From the NCBI GenBank assembly GCA_039000985.1, contig JAWBMD010000007.1:1-42379 (forward strand): a stretch of 42,379 nucleotides of DNA. Reading direction: 5' to 3'. Of this stretch, positions 10,005 to 19,367 are shown one piece after another. The first letter of the stretch is position 1. Every line of letters begins with the position of its first letter. Both the position numbers and the translations under genes were made by a program. The notes under the pieces were generated by a model. The model was not told where the DNA came from and made no database searches. It was given only the letters and a program-made list of their open reading frames with translations. The DNA is from Candidatus Aenigmatarchaeota archaeon (GTDB taxonomy: Archaea; Aenigmatarchaeota; Aenigmatarchaeia; CG10238-14; SpSt-28).

Positions 10005-11276
10005 ATGAATTTGAGTAAAGTACTAAGTTCAGAAAGAACAATAAAAGCGAAAGAATCTGTTGAAAAGGCTTTTAAAAGCTATTTGCTTTATAGGCAAAAA
10101 TCTTTTGAGAAAATTGATGTTGAAAAATTAAAGAGTGAATTAAGAAGAATAAAAGAAAGTGCAATTTCAAATTTGGATGAGCTTAAAAAGAAAGCTAAAG
10201 AAAATTTTAAAAATCAAGGAATAAAAGTTTTTGAAGCGAAAAATGCAAAAAAAGTTAGAAAAATTCTTTTTAAAGTAATACCAAAAAATGAAAAAATAGT
10301 TAAATCAAAATCAAATGCAATTAATTAAATAGAATTTAAAAAATTTTTTAAAAATAGGAATAAAATAATAGAAACTGATTGTGGAGATTTTTTGATTGAT
10401 ATTTGTGGAGAAATTTCTACTCATCCTGTAATTCCAGCTTTACATATTTCAATAGAAAAAATTGTTAACAAAATAAAAGAAAAATTTAAAGTTAATATTG
10501 ATAAATCTCCTGAAAAAGTAGTAGATTTTATAAAAAACTATTTAAGAAAAGAAATTTTGAGTTCGAAAATTGGTTTAACTGGAGCAAATGTGATTTCTTC
10601 AGATGGGGGAATTTTTATTCTTGAAAATGAAGGTAACATTTCATTAATTTCAAAACTTGTTGAAACACATATAATAATTGCTGGAATTGATAAAATAGTA
10701 AATTCTATTCAAGATGCTATAACAATTTGTCAAGCTTCATCTATTTGGGGAACAGGATCTTTATTACCTTCTTATATAAATGTTATTTGTTCTCCAAGTA
10801 AAACTGCTGATATTCAGGAGAAAATTGTTTATAATGTACATGGCCCAAAAAATGTTTTTTTAGTTTTAATTGATAATGGTAGAAGTGATGCAATAAAAAA
10901 TGGTTTAGCAGAAATTTTTTATTGTATAAATTGTGGTTCATGTCTTTACTTTTGTCCAGTTTATAGGCAAATTTTTGATAGCTATGGTTATAATTATTTT
11001 GGTGGTATTGGAGTTGTAAAAACAGCTTTTATTAATGATTTAAAAACAGCTTTTGAAAACGGACTTTATTATTGCACTACTTGCCAATCTTGTAAGTTTA
11101 ATTGTCCATTAGATATTAATATTCCAGAAATTATGAGGAAGTTAAGAGAAATTTGTGTAAGCAAGGGAATTGAAACAGAGGGAAATAAAAAAATGATAAA
11201 AAATATAAGAGAATATGGAAATCCTTTTGGAAAAATAGAAGAAGGTAAAATTCCAAAAGAATTGTATTGTTGTTAG
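10005..11276 (+). pseudogene. lutB: LutB/YkgF-like LUD-domain Fe-S lactate-utilisation protein, interrupted by an in-frame TAA at 10326-10328
   Basis: The two ORFs are in the same frame: KSKSNAIN*IEF...IETDCGDFLI, HPVIPALH, GAN, ENEGN, SKTADI, HGPK, LIDNGR, CINCGSCLYFCP, CTTCQSCKFNCP. Confidence 0.85.
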
Positions 11277-11280
11277 TAAA

Positions 11281-12570
11281 ATGAGAAAAAATTTTATTTT
11301 TATTTGTATTTTTGTTATTTTCTTCATTTTATTTGTAATCTCAAAAAATTTTAACAAGTCTTTAATCTCAACAAATTTAATGCAGGAAATTGGTTATAGT
11401 GATAAAATAGAAGAAGCTATAATAAATTGCACTTCATGCAATGTTTGTCCCGATGGAACAGTTTTAGAGCAGGGAAAAATATGTGTTTATTTATTTTGGG
11501 GTCAAGGCTGTCCTTATTGTGCCAAAGAAAAAGTTTTTCTTGAAAAATTAGTTAAAAAGTATCAAAATTTAGAAATTCATGATTTTGAAGTTTATTATAA
11601 TTTTACTAATGCAGAGCTATGGAAGCTAATATGCAAAAAATATAAAACACAACCTTCTGCCGTTCCAATGACTTTTATAGGAAACAAAGTTTTTATTGGT
11701 TTTGTTGATAGAACATTTTACAGCTCTTTTAATTTACTTCCAGCTATAATTTTTACAATATTTTTTATTCTTGCAAGAAAATTAAAGATTTTTTTATTAG
11801 CTTTTTTACTAATTTCAACTACATATGCTCAAGAGATTTATCATCCAATTTTAGGAGATATTGGTAAGCTTCCAATAGTTTTAATTGGAATTGTTGCAGG
11901 CTTATCTGATGGAATTCTTAATCCATGTGCTTTATCTGTTCTTTTTTTTATAGTTGCATATATGTTAGCTTTGGGTTCAAGAAAAAAGTTAATTGCAATA
12001 GGAATTTTTTACTCAATAACAATATTTCTTGTTTACTTTTTCTTCATGTATTTATTGCTTAATGCAATTTCTTTAACTAGTTATTACCTTGGTTATACAT
12101 GGATAATAAGATATGTTTTGGGAGCAATAGTTATGGCTTTTGGAATAGTAGAAATTAAAGAGTTCTTTTTATTTGGCAAATGGTTTTCATTAGAAATTCC
12201 AAAATTTGCAAAGCCAAAAATAGAAAAGTTAGTTAAATCTGCAACTATACCTTCAGCAATTATTCTAGGCTTTTTAGTTAGCTTGGTTGAAATTCCATGT
12301 GCTGGGGTATTTCCACTATTTTATACTTCATTTCTTTCTACTTCTATATTTGCTGGAAATTTATCATGGATTGAAGCTATTTTTTATATAGCTTTGTACA
12401 ATGTTTTCTTTGTTGTACCATTATTAATTTTAACTTTAATATTTTATTTTGGTTTTTTGAAAATAGAAGAAGCTGAAAAGAAAAGAGTTAAGTTAAGAAG
12501 GTATATGAGATTAATTACTGGAATAATTTTAATTGCTTTAGGATTTGCTTTCTTTGTAGGATGGATATGA
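11281..12570 (+). CDS. Thioredoxin/glutaredoxin (CPYC) fused to a CcdA/DsbD-type transmembrane electron transporter
   Basis: FWGQGCPYC, SAVPMTFIG; NPCAL and EIPCAG transmembrane Cys pair; multiple TMs. Confidence 0.85.
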   Translation: MRKNFIFICIFVIFFILFVISKNFNKSLISTNLMQEIGYSDKIEEAIINCTSCNVCPDGTVLEQGKICVYLFWGQGCPYCAKEKVFLEKLVKKYQNLEIHDFEVYYNFTNAELWKLICKKYKTQPSAVPMTFIGNKVFIGFVDRTFYSSFNLLPAIIFTIFFILARKLKIFLLAFLLISTTYAQEIYHPILGDIGKLPIVLIGIVAGLSDGILNPCALSVLFFIVAYMLALGSRKKLIAIGIFYSITIFLVYFFFMYLLLNAISLTSYYLGYTWIIRYVLGAIVMAFGIVEIKEFFLFGKWFSLEIPKFAKPKIEKLVKSATIPSAIILGFLVSLVEIPCAGVFPLFYTSFLSTSIFAGNLSWIEAIFYIALYNVFFVVPLLILTLIFYFGFLKIEEAEKKRVKLRRYMRLITGIILIALGFAFFVGWI

Positions 12571-13295
12571 AAAAATTATTTAATAAGTTAAGGGGAGGAA
12601 ATATTTTATATTATCCTGGCTGTTTAACAAAGTTTGTTGCTAATGAGTTGGGAGAAAACTATAGAAAAATTTTGAGGAGTATAGGAATAGATTTTATTGA
12701 GCTTAAGGATTTAGAAGTTTGTTGTGGTTCTCCAGCTTTAAATGCTGGTTATAAAAAAGACGCAAAAAAGATTGCTGAAAAAAATTTTAAAACTTTTAAA
12801 GAACATTCTATAAGAAAAATAATAACACCTTGCCCAGCTTGTTATAAAGTTTTTTCTCAGGATTATCCAAAGCTTTTGGATAAATGGGATATAGACGTTG
12901 AGCATACTACTCAAACAATAGCTAAAGCAATAAAGGAATGTAAGTTAAAGTTGAATAAAAGGTTTAATGCTTTAATAACTTATCATGACCCATGCCATTT
13001 GGGAAGATATTCAAAAATTTACGAAGAGCCAAGGGAGGTTTTGAAATTTTTAGGTTTTAAAATTTCCGAGATGGAATTTTCAAGAGAAAACTCTTTTTGC
13101 TGTGGTGGTGGGGGAGGTGTTCTTGGAAATTATCAAGAGCTAGCAAATGAAATAGCAAAAGAAAGAATTAAGCAAGCAAAGAAAACAAAAGCTAGAATTC
13201 TTATTACAGCTTGCCCTCTTTGTTATATTCATTTGAAAAAGTTTGCTAATGATATTGATGTGAAGGAGATTTCTGAATTTTTTGTTTATAGTTGA
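12567..13295 (+). CDS. CCG-domain Fe-S oxidoreductase subunit (LutA/GlpC/HdrB-like)
   Basis: YYPGC, CCGSP, CPAC, YHDPCHLGR, CCGGGG, TACPLC; start could also be ATG 12561. Confidence 0.9.
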   Translation: MKKLFNKLRGGNILYYPGCLTKFVANELGENYRKILRSIGIDFIELKDLEVCCGSPALNAGYKKDAKKIAEKNFKTFKEHSIRKIITPCPACYKVFSQDYPKLLDKWDIDVEHTTQTIAKAIKECKLKLNKRFNALITYHDPCHLGRYSKIYEEPREVLKFLGFKISEMEFSRENSFCCGGGGGVLGNYQELANEIAKERIKQAKKTKARILITACPLCYIHLKKFANDIDVKEISEFFVYS

Positions 13296-13322
13296 AATTT
13301 CGGAAAGATAAAAATATATTTT

Positions 13323-15848
13323 ATGAAATATTGGGCATTAAGTATTGATGAAATTTTTAAAGCTCTTGGCTCTAGTAAAAATGGTTTAAGTGAGAAAGAA
13401 GCTTTATCAAGATTACACAAATATGGAAAAAATGAATTGAAAAAAGAAAAAACAAATTCTTTCAAAGTTTTTTTAAGACAGTTTAAAAGTTTTTTAATCA
13501 TAATTTTGTTCATAGCTTCATTAATTTCTTTTTTTGTTGGTAATCAGCTAGATGCTATGATAATTCTTGCTATTGTATTTTTTAATGGTATAATTGGTTT
13601 TCTTCAAGAATATCATGCAGAGAAATCAATTGAGATGTTAAAAAAGCTAATTTCAGATACAATAACTGTTATTAGAGATGGTAAAAAGAAGGAAATAGAT
13701 GTTACAAATCTTGTTCCTGGGGATATAGTTATGTTAGAAGAAGGAGATAAAATACCTGCAGATTGTAGAATTATATGGCAAGAAAATTTGAAAATAGATG
13801 AATCTTCTTTAACAGGTGAATCTATACCAGTATCAAAAACTACTGAAATTTGCAAAGAAGATTCTGTACTTGCAGAAAGAAAAAACTCATTATTTTCCGG
13901 AACTTCTGTTGTTAATGGTAGATGTATTGCTATTGTTGTAAATACAGGAATGCAAACAGAATTGGGAAAAATTGCAAAGCAAATCCAAGTTGAAAGTCCT
14001 CCAACTCCATTACAAAAATATTTAGATGAGTTTGGAAAGAAAATAATTTTAGCAGTTTTGATAATCGTTTCTATAATTTTTTTCATCAGCTATTTCTTTA
14101 AAGCTGGAGATTTTATTACTATACTTTTAACTTCTGTTAGTCTTGCAGTGGCTGCAGTCCCAGAAGGTTTACCAGCAATTATTACTTTATCATCAGCAAT
14201 AGGAGTAAAAAGAATGGTTAAAAGAAAGACTTTGGTTAGAAGATTATTAGCGATTGAATCTTTAGGCACTGTAACTGTTATTGCTACAGATAAAACAGGG
14301 ACATTAACAGAAAATAAAATGAAAGTTCAAAAAGTTTATTATTCTGGTAAAATTACAAGTGTAAAACTTTGTAAGAGTGATATGCTTTTTAGAATTGGTC
14401 TTGTTTGTAATAATGCAGATTTAGAAAGGGGTGACCCAACAGAAAGAGCTTTAATTGATTCTGCAAAAGAATTTGGTTTAAATACAAAAAAGGAAAGAAA
14501 AATGTATGTTAGAATAAAAGAAATTCCTTTTAGTTCAATAAGAAAAAGAATGGCCGTTGTTTGTAAATATAATAGTAAAACATTTAGCTTTGTGAAGGGT
14601 GCTCCAGATGTTGTTATAAATTTATGCAATAGAATTATGATAAATGGAAAAGTAAGAAAAATTACAAAGAAGGATAAAATGCAAATAATTAAAGTTTTAA
14701 ATTTGCTTGCATCTAAAGGTTTGCGTGTTATTGCTTTTGCTTATAAAGAAAGTGGGGAAGAGCCCGAGAAAAATTTAATTTTTGTTGGGATGCAAGGAAT
14801 GATAGATCCACCAAGAAAAGAAGTGAAAAATGCTATTAAAGTATGTAAAGAAGCTGGAATTAGAGTGATTATGATAACAGGAGACCATCCATTAACTGCA
14901 AAAAATATTGCTAGTGAAATTGGAATGGAAATTGGTGGAATAGTAAGTGGAGAAGAGCTTAATAAAATGGATGAAAAAACTTTTGATGAAATTGTTAATA
15001 AAGCTAATATTTTTGCTAGGATAGAACCTTCTCAAAAATTAAAAATTGTACAAAAATTGAGAGAAAAAGGAGAAATAGTAGCTGTTACTGGAGATGGTAT
15101 AAATGATGCTCCAGCTTTAAAAAATTCAGATATAGGAATTGCAATGGGAATTAGAGGAAGTGATGTAGCAAAAGAAGCATCTGATATGGTAATACTTGAT
15201 GATAACTTTGCAACTATTGTTAGTGCAGTAGAAGAAGGAAGAAGAATTTTTGATAATATAAAAAAATCAATTAATTATTTGTTATCAAATAATTTTGGTG
15301 AAGTTTTAATAGTTTTTTTAGCATCTTTATTTTTGTTACCGTTACCAATAACTGCAATCCAGCTTCTTTGGATTAATTTATTAACAGATGGTTTTCCAGC
15401 TATTGCATTAGGTTTAGACCCAGCAAAAAAAGGTATAATGAAGGAAAAAAGAAAGAGAACAAAAATTATAGATAAAATTATGTTTATAACGATTTTGCAA
15501 ACTGGTATTTTAATAACAATAGGTTCTCTTTATTTATTTAAAATTGGATTGATTGATAATTTAATGAAAGCACAAACAATAGTTTTTACAACTCTTGTTC
15601 TATTTCAGTTCATAAGGTTAATTGTTATTGAAACAGAATATAACATGAGCATATTTTCAAATAAATACCTCTTATTTGCTTTAATTGTTTCATTAATTCT
15701 TCAGCTAACTGTTATTTATACACCTTTAAGCCAATATTTTAAAACAGTTAGTTTAAGCTTGTATGATTGGAAAAATATTTTATTAACTCTTTTTGTTATA
15801 GGGATAGTAAATTATTCTCTAGCAAGATTAATTTCCAAAAAATTATAA
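13323..15848 (+). CDS. P-type cation-transporting ATPase (P2A, Ca2+-type)
   Basis: TGES, PEGLP, DKTGTLT, KGAP, TGD, GDGINDAPAL, QLLWINLLTDG. Confidence 0.95.
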   Translation: MKYWALSIDEIFKALGSSKNGLSEKEALSRLHKYGKNELKKEKTNSFKVFLRQFKSFLIIILFIASLISFFVGNQLDAMIILAIVFFNGIIGFLQEYHAEKSIEMLKKLISDTITVIRDGKKKEIDVTNLVPGDIVMLEEGDKIPADCRIIWQENLKIDESSLTGESIPVSKTTEICKEDSVLAERKNSLFSGTSVVNGRCIAIVVNTGMQTELGKIAKQIQVESPPTPLQKYLDEFGKKIILAVLIIVSIIFFISYFFKAGDFITILLTSVSLAVAAVPEGLPAIITLSSAIGVKRMVKRKTLVRRLLAIESLGTVTVIATDKTGTLTENKMKVQKVYYSGKITSVKLCKSDMLFRIGLVCNNADLERGDPTERALIDSAKEFGLNTKKERKMYVRIKEIPFSSIRKRMAVVCKYNSKTFSFVKGAPDVVINLCNRIMINGKVRKITKKDKMQIIKVLNLLASKGLRVIAFAYKESGEEPEKNLIFVGMQGMIDPPRKEVKNAIKVCKEAGIRVIMITGDHPLTAKNIASEIGMEIGGIVSGEELNKMDEKTFDEIVNKANIFARIEPSQKLKIVQKLREKGEIVAVTGDGINDAPALKNSDIGIAMGIRGSDVAKEASDMVILDDNFATIVSAVEEGRRIFDNIKKSINYLLSNNFGEVLIVFLASLFLLPLPITAIQLLWINLLTDGFPAIALGLDPAKKGIMKEKRKRTKIIDKIMFITILQTGILITIGSLYLFKIGLIDNLMKAQTIVFTTLVLFQFIRLIVIETEYNMSIFSNKYLLFALIVSLILQLTVIYTPLSQYFKTVSLSLYDWKNILLTLFVIGIVNYSLARLISKKL

Positions 15849-15855
15849 AATAAAT

Positions 15856-17073
15856 GTGGAAGTAGAAAGAAAAAGATGGTTTTTGGTTTTGTTTGGATTA
15901 ATTATAATGTTATGTTTAGGTTCAATTTATGCTTATAGTGTAATTTCTCTACCTTTAAAAAATGTTTTTGAATCATATGGTTTAAAAGTTACTTATACAG
16001 AAATGCAAATTCCATACATGGTTTTTCTTTTTCTTTTTGCTATTACAATGCCTTTAGTTGGTAAATATATAGAAAAATATGGACCAAGAAAAATAGCTTT
16101 TATAGGAGCAATTTTTGTAGGTTTAGGTTGGTTTTTAGCATCTTTTGCAAAATCTCCATTTGAGTTAATATTATTTTATGGAGTTATTGGAGGTTTTGGT
16201 GTTGGTTTAACATATAATTGTCCAATAGTTGTTTCAGCTAGATGGTTTCCAGATAAAAGAGGTTTGGCAGTTGGTTTAACTCTTTTAGGTTTTGGTTTTT
16301 CAGCAGCTTTAATAGCTCCCTTTATAGATTTTTTAATATCAAGTTTTAATATTTCTATAGCACTAAAAATATTGGGTATAATGTTTTTTGTTTTAATAGC
16401 TATCTCAGCAAGCTTTTTATCTTTTCCTTCAAAAAATTGGAAACCAAAAGGATTGAAAGAATTTAAAAAGGAAGTAAAAACTATAGAGCTAAAAATGGAA
16501 GAAATGATAAGGACAAAAACATTTTATATTTTATGGTTTAGTTATGTTATAGGAACTTTAGCTGGATTAATGGCTATAGGTGTTTCTAAGCCAGTTGGAT
16601 TAGAAGTTGCTTCAAATAAAGAAATTTCTTCATTTTTAACAATGTTAATAACAATTTTTGCATTTTTTAATGGAATTGGCAGACCTTTATTTGGTTGGTT
16701 AACTGATAAAATTTCCCCAAGAGGAGCAGCTATTTTGTCTTTTTCACTTATTTCTTTTGCATCTATTTTGATGTATGTAAATAAAACTTCATTGATGGCT
16801 TATGCTATTTCTTTTTCTATTTTATGGTTAAACTTAGGTGGTTGGCTTGCCATAGCCCCAGCAACAACAGCTAAATTTTTTGGAACTAAAGATTATGCTA
16901 GAAATTATGGGGTTGTTTTTACAGCTTATGGAGTTGGTGCTATAGTCGGTAATGTTCTTGTTGGTCAAGTTAAAGATATTTTTGGTTCATATATAATGGT
17001 TTTTCCATATGTATTGGCTTTAGCTTTGTTTGGATTAATTTTGGCAAATTATTTAAAATCTTGTGCCAGCTAA
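15856..17073 (+). CDS. MFS transporter, OFA/monocarboxylate (lactate/formate/oxalate) family
   Basis: About 12 TMs, WFPDKRGLAVG, NGIGRPLFGWLTD, FFGTKDYARNYG; GTG start. Confidence 0.85.
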   Translation: MEVERKRWFLVLFGLIIMLCLGSIYAYSVISLPLKNVFESYGLKVTYTEMQIPYMVFLFLFAITMPLVGKYIEKYGPRKIAFIGAIFVGLGWFLASFAKSPFELILFYGVIGGFGVGLTYNCPIVVSARWFPDKRGLAVGLTLLGFGFSAALIAPFIDFLISSFNISIALKILGIMFFVLIAISASFLSFPSKNWKPKGLKEFKKEVKTIELKMEEMIRTKTFYILWFSYVIGTLAGLMAIGVSKPVGLEVASNKEISSFLTMLITIFAFFNGIGRPLFGWLTDKISPRGAAILSFSLISFASILMYVNKTSLMAYAISFSILWLNLGGWLAIAPATTAKFFGTKDYARNYGVVFTAYGVGAIVGNVLVGQVKDIFGSYIMVFPYVLALALFGLILANYLKSCAS

Positions 17074-17881
17074 TTTACCAAAAGAATGGTTCGTTGTAGA
17101 AAAAGAGTATTTAGAGGAAAGAAATTTAGAAAGAAAAATTGAGCTATTGAAAAAACTCATATCAGTAACACCAAAGCACAAAGGAACTGAAAATCTTTTA
17201 GCAGAATTGAGAAAAAGGCTTTCTAAGTTAGAGGAGCAATTAGAGAAGAAATCAAGAAAGCAAATAGCAAGGCAAGCTTCAATAAAAAAATCTGGAGATT
17301 TATTAGTTGCAATTATTGGTTTAACAAAAAGTGGAAAAAGTTATTTGTTAAACGCTTTAACAAATGCAAAAGCAGAAGTTAGTTCTCAACCATATACAAC
17401 AAAAGAACCAATAACTGGAATTTGCTTTTTTGAAGGTGTTTCAATTCAGTTTGTTGAAATTCCTTCATTTTTTCTACCAAGACATATGAGTATAGCTCGT
17501 ATTGCAGATTTGCTTTTAGTTTTAGCTAATACTGATGAAGAAAGAATTGAGATGGAAAAAATTATTAAAGAAAATAAAATAGATAAGAAAAAAATTTTCT
17601 GGTCAATTAGTAATAAAGATTATGAAAAGCTTTTGAAAAATATTATAGAAGAGGCTGAAATTATAAGAGTTTTTACAAAACCAATTGGGAAAGAAAAAGA
17701 AGAAAAGGCTTTAGTATTAAAGAAAGGTAGCACAGTAAAGGATTTGATTGAAAAAATAAATGAAAATTGGATTAAAAGTTTTAAATTTGCTAGAGTTTTT
17801 GACAATACTCCTTTTTCTGGAAGAAGAGTTGGGCTGAATTATTTGCTTAAAGATAAAGATATAATCGAGCTACACATATGA
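17063..17881 (+). CDS. Short DRG/Obg-family GTPase with TGS domain
   Basis: MPANLP, PKHKGTE, GLTKSGKS P-loop, PYTT, C-terminal L.DKDIIELH TGS signature. Confidence 0.85.
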   Translation: MPANLPKEWFVVEKEYLEERNLERKIELLKKLISVTPKHKGTENLLAELRKRLSKLEEQLEKKSRKQIARQASIKKSGDLLVAIIGLTKSGKSYLLNALTNAKAEVSSQPYTTKEPITGICFFEGVSIQFVEIPSFFLPRHMSIARIADLLLVLANTDEERIEMEKIIKENKIDKKKIFWSISNKDYEKLLKNIIEEAEIIRVFTKPIGKEKEEKALVLKKGSTVKDLIEKINENWIKSFKFARVFDNTPFSGRRVGLNYLLKDKDIIELHI

Positions 17882-18030
17882 TTTATTTTTTGTTGTATTG
17901 AGTAGTGTAATTGGTTTATTGCTGTTATTAAGAAAAAAATTTGCAATAAAACTTTCCAGCTATTTAATTAATTTCGCAGCAGGAGCATTATTGGCTGTTT
18001 CTTTTTTATATATTACCAGAGTCTTTTTTA
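17878..18030 (+). pseudogene. Remnant of the N-terminus of a ZIP-family metal transporter
   Basis: ...LSSYLINFAAGALLAVSFL then, after a frameshift, ILPES, resembling ZIP TM2 FAAGxLLxxxFxxLLPE. Confidence 0.6.
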
Positions 18031-18105
18031 TTTGTTAAAATAGAGTTAATTCTTTTATTTACATTTTTTGAATTTTATCATTTCTTATTTCGATTTTATA
18101 AAGAT

Positions 18106-18191
18106 TGCAGGGGGTGGGATTTGAACCCACGAAGGCACTAAGCCACTGGCACCTCAAGCCAGCGCCATTGACCAGGCTAGGCGACCCCTGC
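18106..18191 (-). tRNA. tRNA-Leu(GAG)
   Basis: GCAGGGG/CCCCTGC acceptor stem, CTGGC-TTGAGGT-GCCAG anticodon arm, long variable arm, GGTTCAAATCC. Confidence 0.95.
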
Positions 18192-18201
18192 TCTAAAAAA
18201 A

Positions 18202-18600
18202 TTACACAACAATTCTAGATATTTTACCTAATGAAGAAAATCTTTCTATAGCTTCCATAGCTACAGCTCCTCTTATTTCACTTCCAATTGGTTCTCCTTC
18301 TTCATTTATCAAAACAGCTGCATTATCCTCAAATCTTACTCTAATTCCATCCACTCTTCTTATTTCAGCTCTTTGTCTTATTATTACTGCATTAACAACT
18401 TGCTTTTTAAGTTTTGGAATTCCTTCTTTTACACTACATTTAATCCAATCAGCAATTCCAGCTCTTCCTCTCCTTCTCCTAACTCCTTTATAACCTTTAA
18501 CTGAAATTATTTTTAAAACATATGCTCCACTATTATCTGCACAGGTTAAATAGCTTCCAACTTCCAAACCTTTTTTTGGCTTTGAAGATATACCTTTCAT
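18202..18600 (-). CDS. rpl14p: 50S ribosomal protein uL14
   Basis: [18 protein letters not shown]. Confidence 0.97.
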   Translation of the reverse strand: MKGISSKPKKGLEVGSYLTCADNSGAYVLKIISVKGYKGVRRRRGRAGIADWIKCSVKEGIPKLKKQVVNAVIIRQRAEIRRVDGIRVRFEDNAAVLINEEGEPIGSEIRGAVAMEAIERFSSLGKISRIVV

Positions 18601-18920
18601 ATTTTTTCAATTACTACAAATGCTTTTAGCTTGCTTAACTTTCTACATTCAGCAATTTTTACAATATCACCTTCTCTTGCACTAATACAATCTGGATTAT
18701 GTGCATATAGCTTGCTTTTTCTTCTTTCATATCTTTCATATTTTGGTATATAGTGCAAATATTCTCTTTCAACTACTACCGTTTTAAATGGTCTTGCTGA
18801 AACTACTTTTCCTATAAAAACCTTTTTTCTAACTGGTAATTTTCCGTGCCATGGACACTTTTCATCGTTACATTCTTTTTCTGGTGGTTTTGCATCCAGT
18901 CCAATATTTCTTGCTGGCAT
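18597..18920 (-). CDS. rps17p: 30S ribosomal protein uS17
   Basis: [21 protein letters not shown]. Confidence 0.97.
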   Translation of the reverse strand: MPARNIGLDAKPPEKECNDEKCPWHGKLPVRKKVFIGKVVSARPFKTVVVEREYLHYIPKYERYERRKSKLYAHNPDCISAREGDIVKIAECRKLSKLKAFVVIEKI

Positions 18921-18950
18921 AAAATTTAGATATTAGAAATAAAATTTAAA

Positions 18951-19367
18951 ATGCTTTTATTGGATGAAATAGAATTTAAAGGTAGTGAAAAAATAAAAGC
19001 TACTCACAATACAACGTTTGAAATAACTAGAGAAAATTATATAACAGAAAGAGGAGATTGTATAATTGGTATAAATGCTAATAAATCTATAAAGGATATT
19101 AATGAGTATGCAAAAAATTTTTTGTTAAATGGTAATAAAATTATTTTAGAAATTAAGGTTGATAATTTTTCTGATAAAATAATAGCTTTTGGGAGCAAGG
19201 ATTTAATTTTAACTAATGAAAAATCTATTGTTGTGAGAAAAAGTAATTTTATAGATGATAGAACTCTTTGCATAAAATCTAATAAAGCCGCTATTGATAT
19301 AGATAGAAATATAATAAATGAATTGAAAAAAGGTAAAAATGGAAAATTAATTTTATGGAAGCTATAG
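18951..19367 (+). CDS. DUF371-family archaeal protein
   Basis: ATHNTTFEITRE, RGDCIIGI, VVRKSNFID.RT. Confidence 0.85.
   Translation: MLLLDEIEFKGSEKIKATHNTTFEITRENYITERGDCIIGINANKSIKDINEYAKNFLLNGNKIILEIKVDNFSDKIIAFGSKDLILTNEKSIVVRKSNFIDDRTLCIKSNKAAIDIDRNIINELKKGKNGKLILWKL

Noticed and set aside
10326..10328. Genome-wide reassignment of TAA (alternative genetic code)
   Set aside because: TAA, TAG and TGA all end conserved genes at the expected positions in this window, and no suppressor tRNA was seen.
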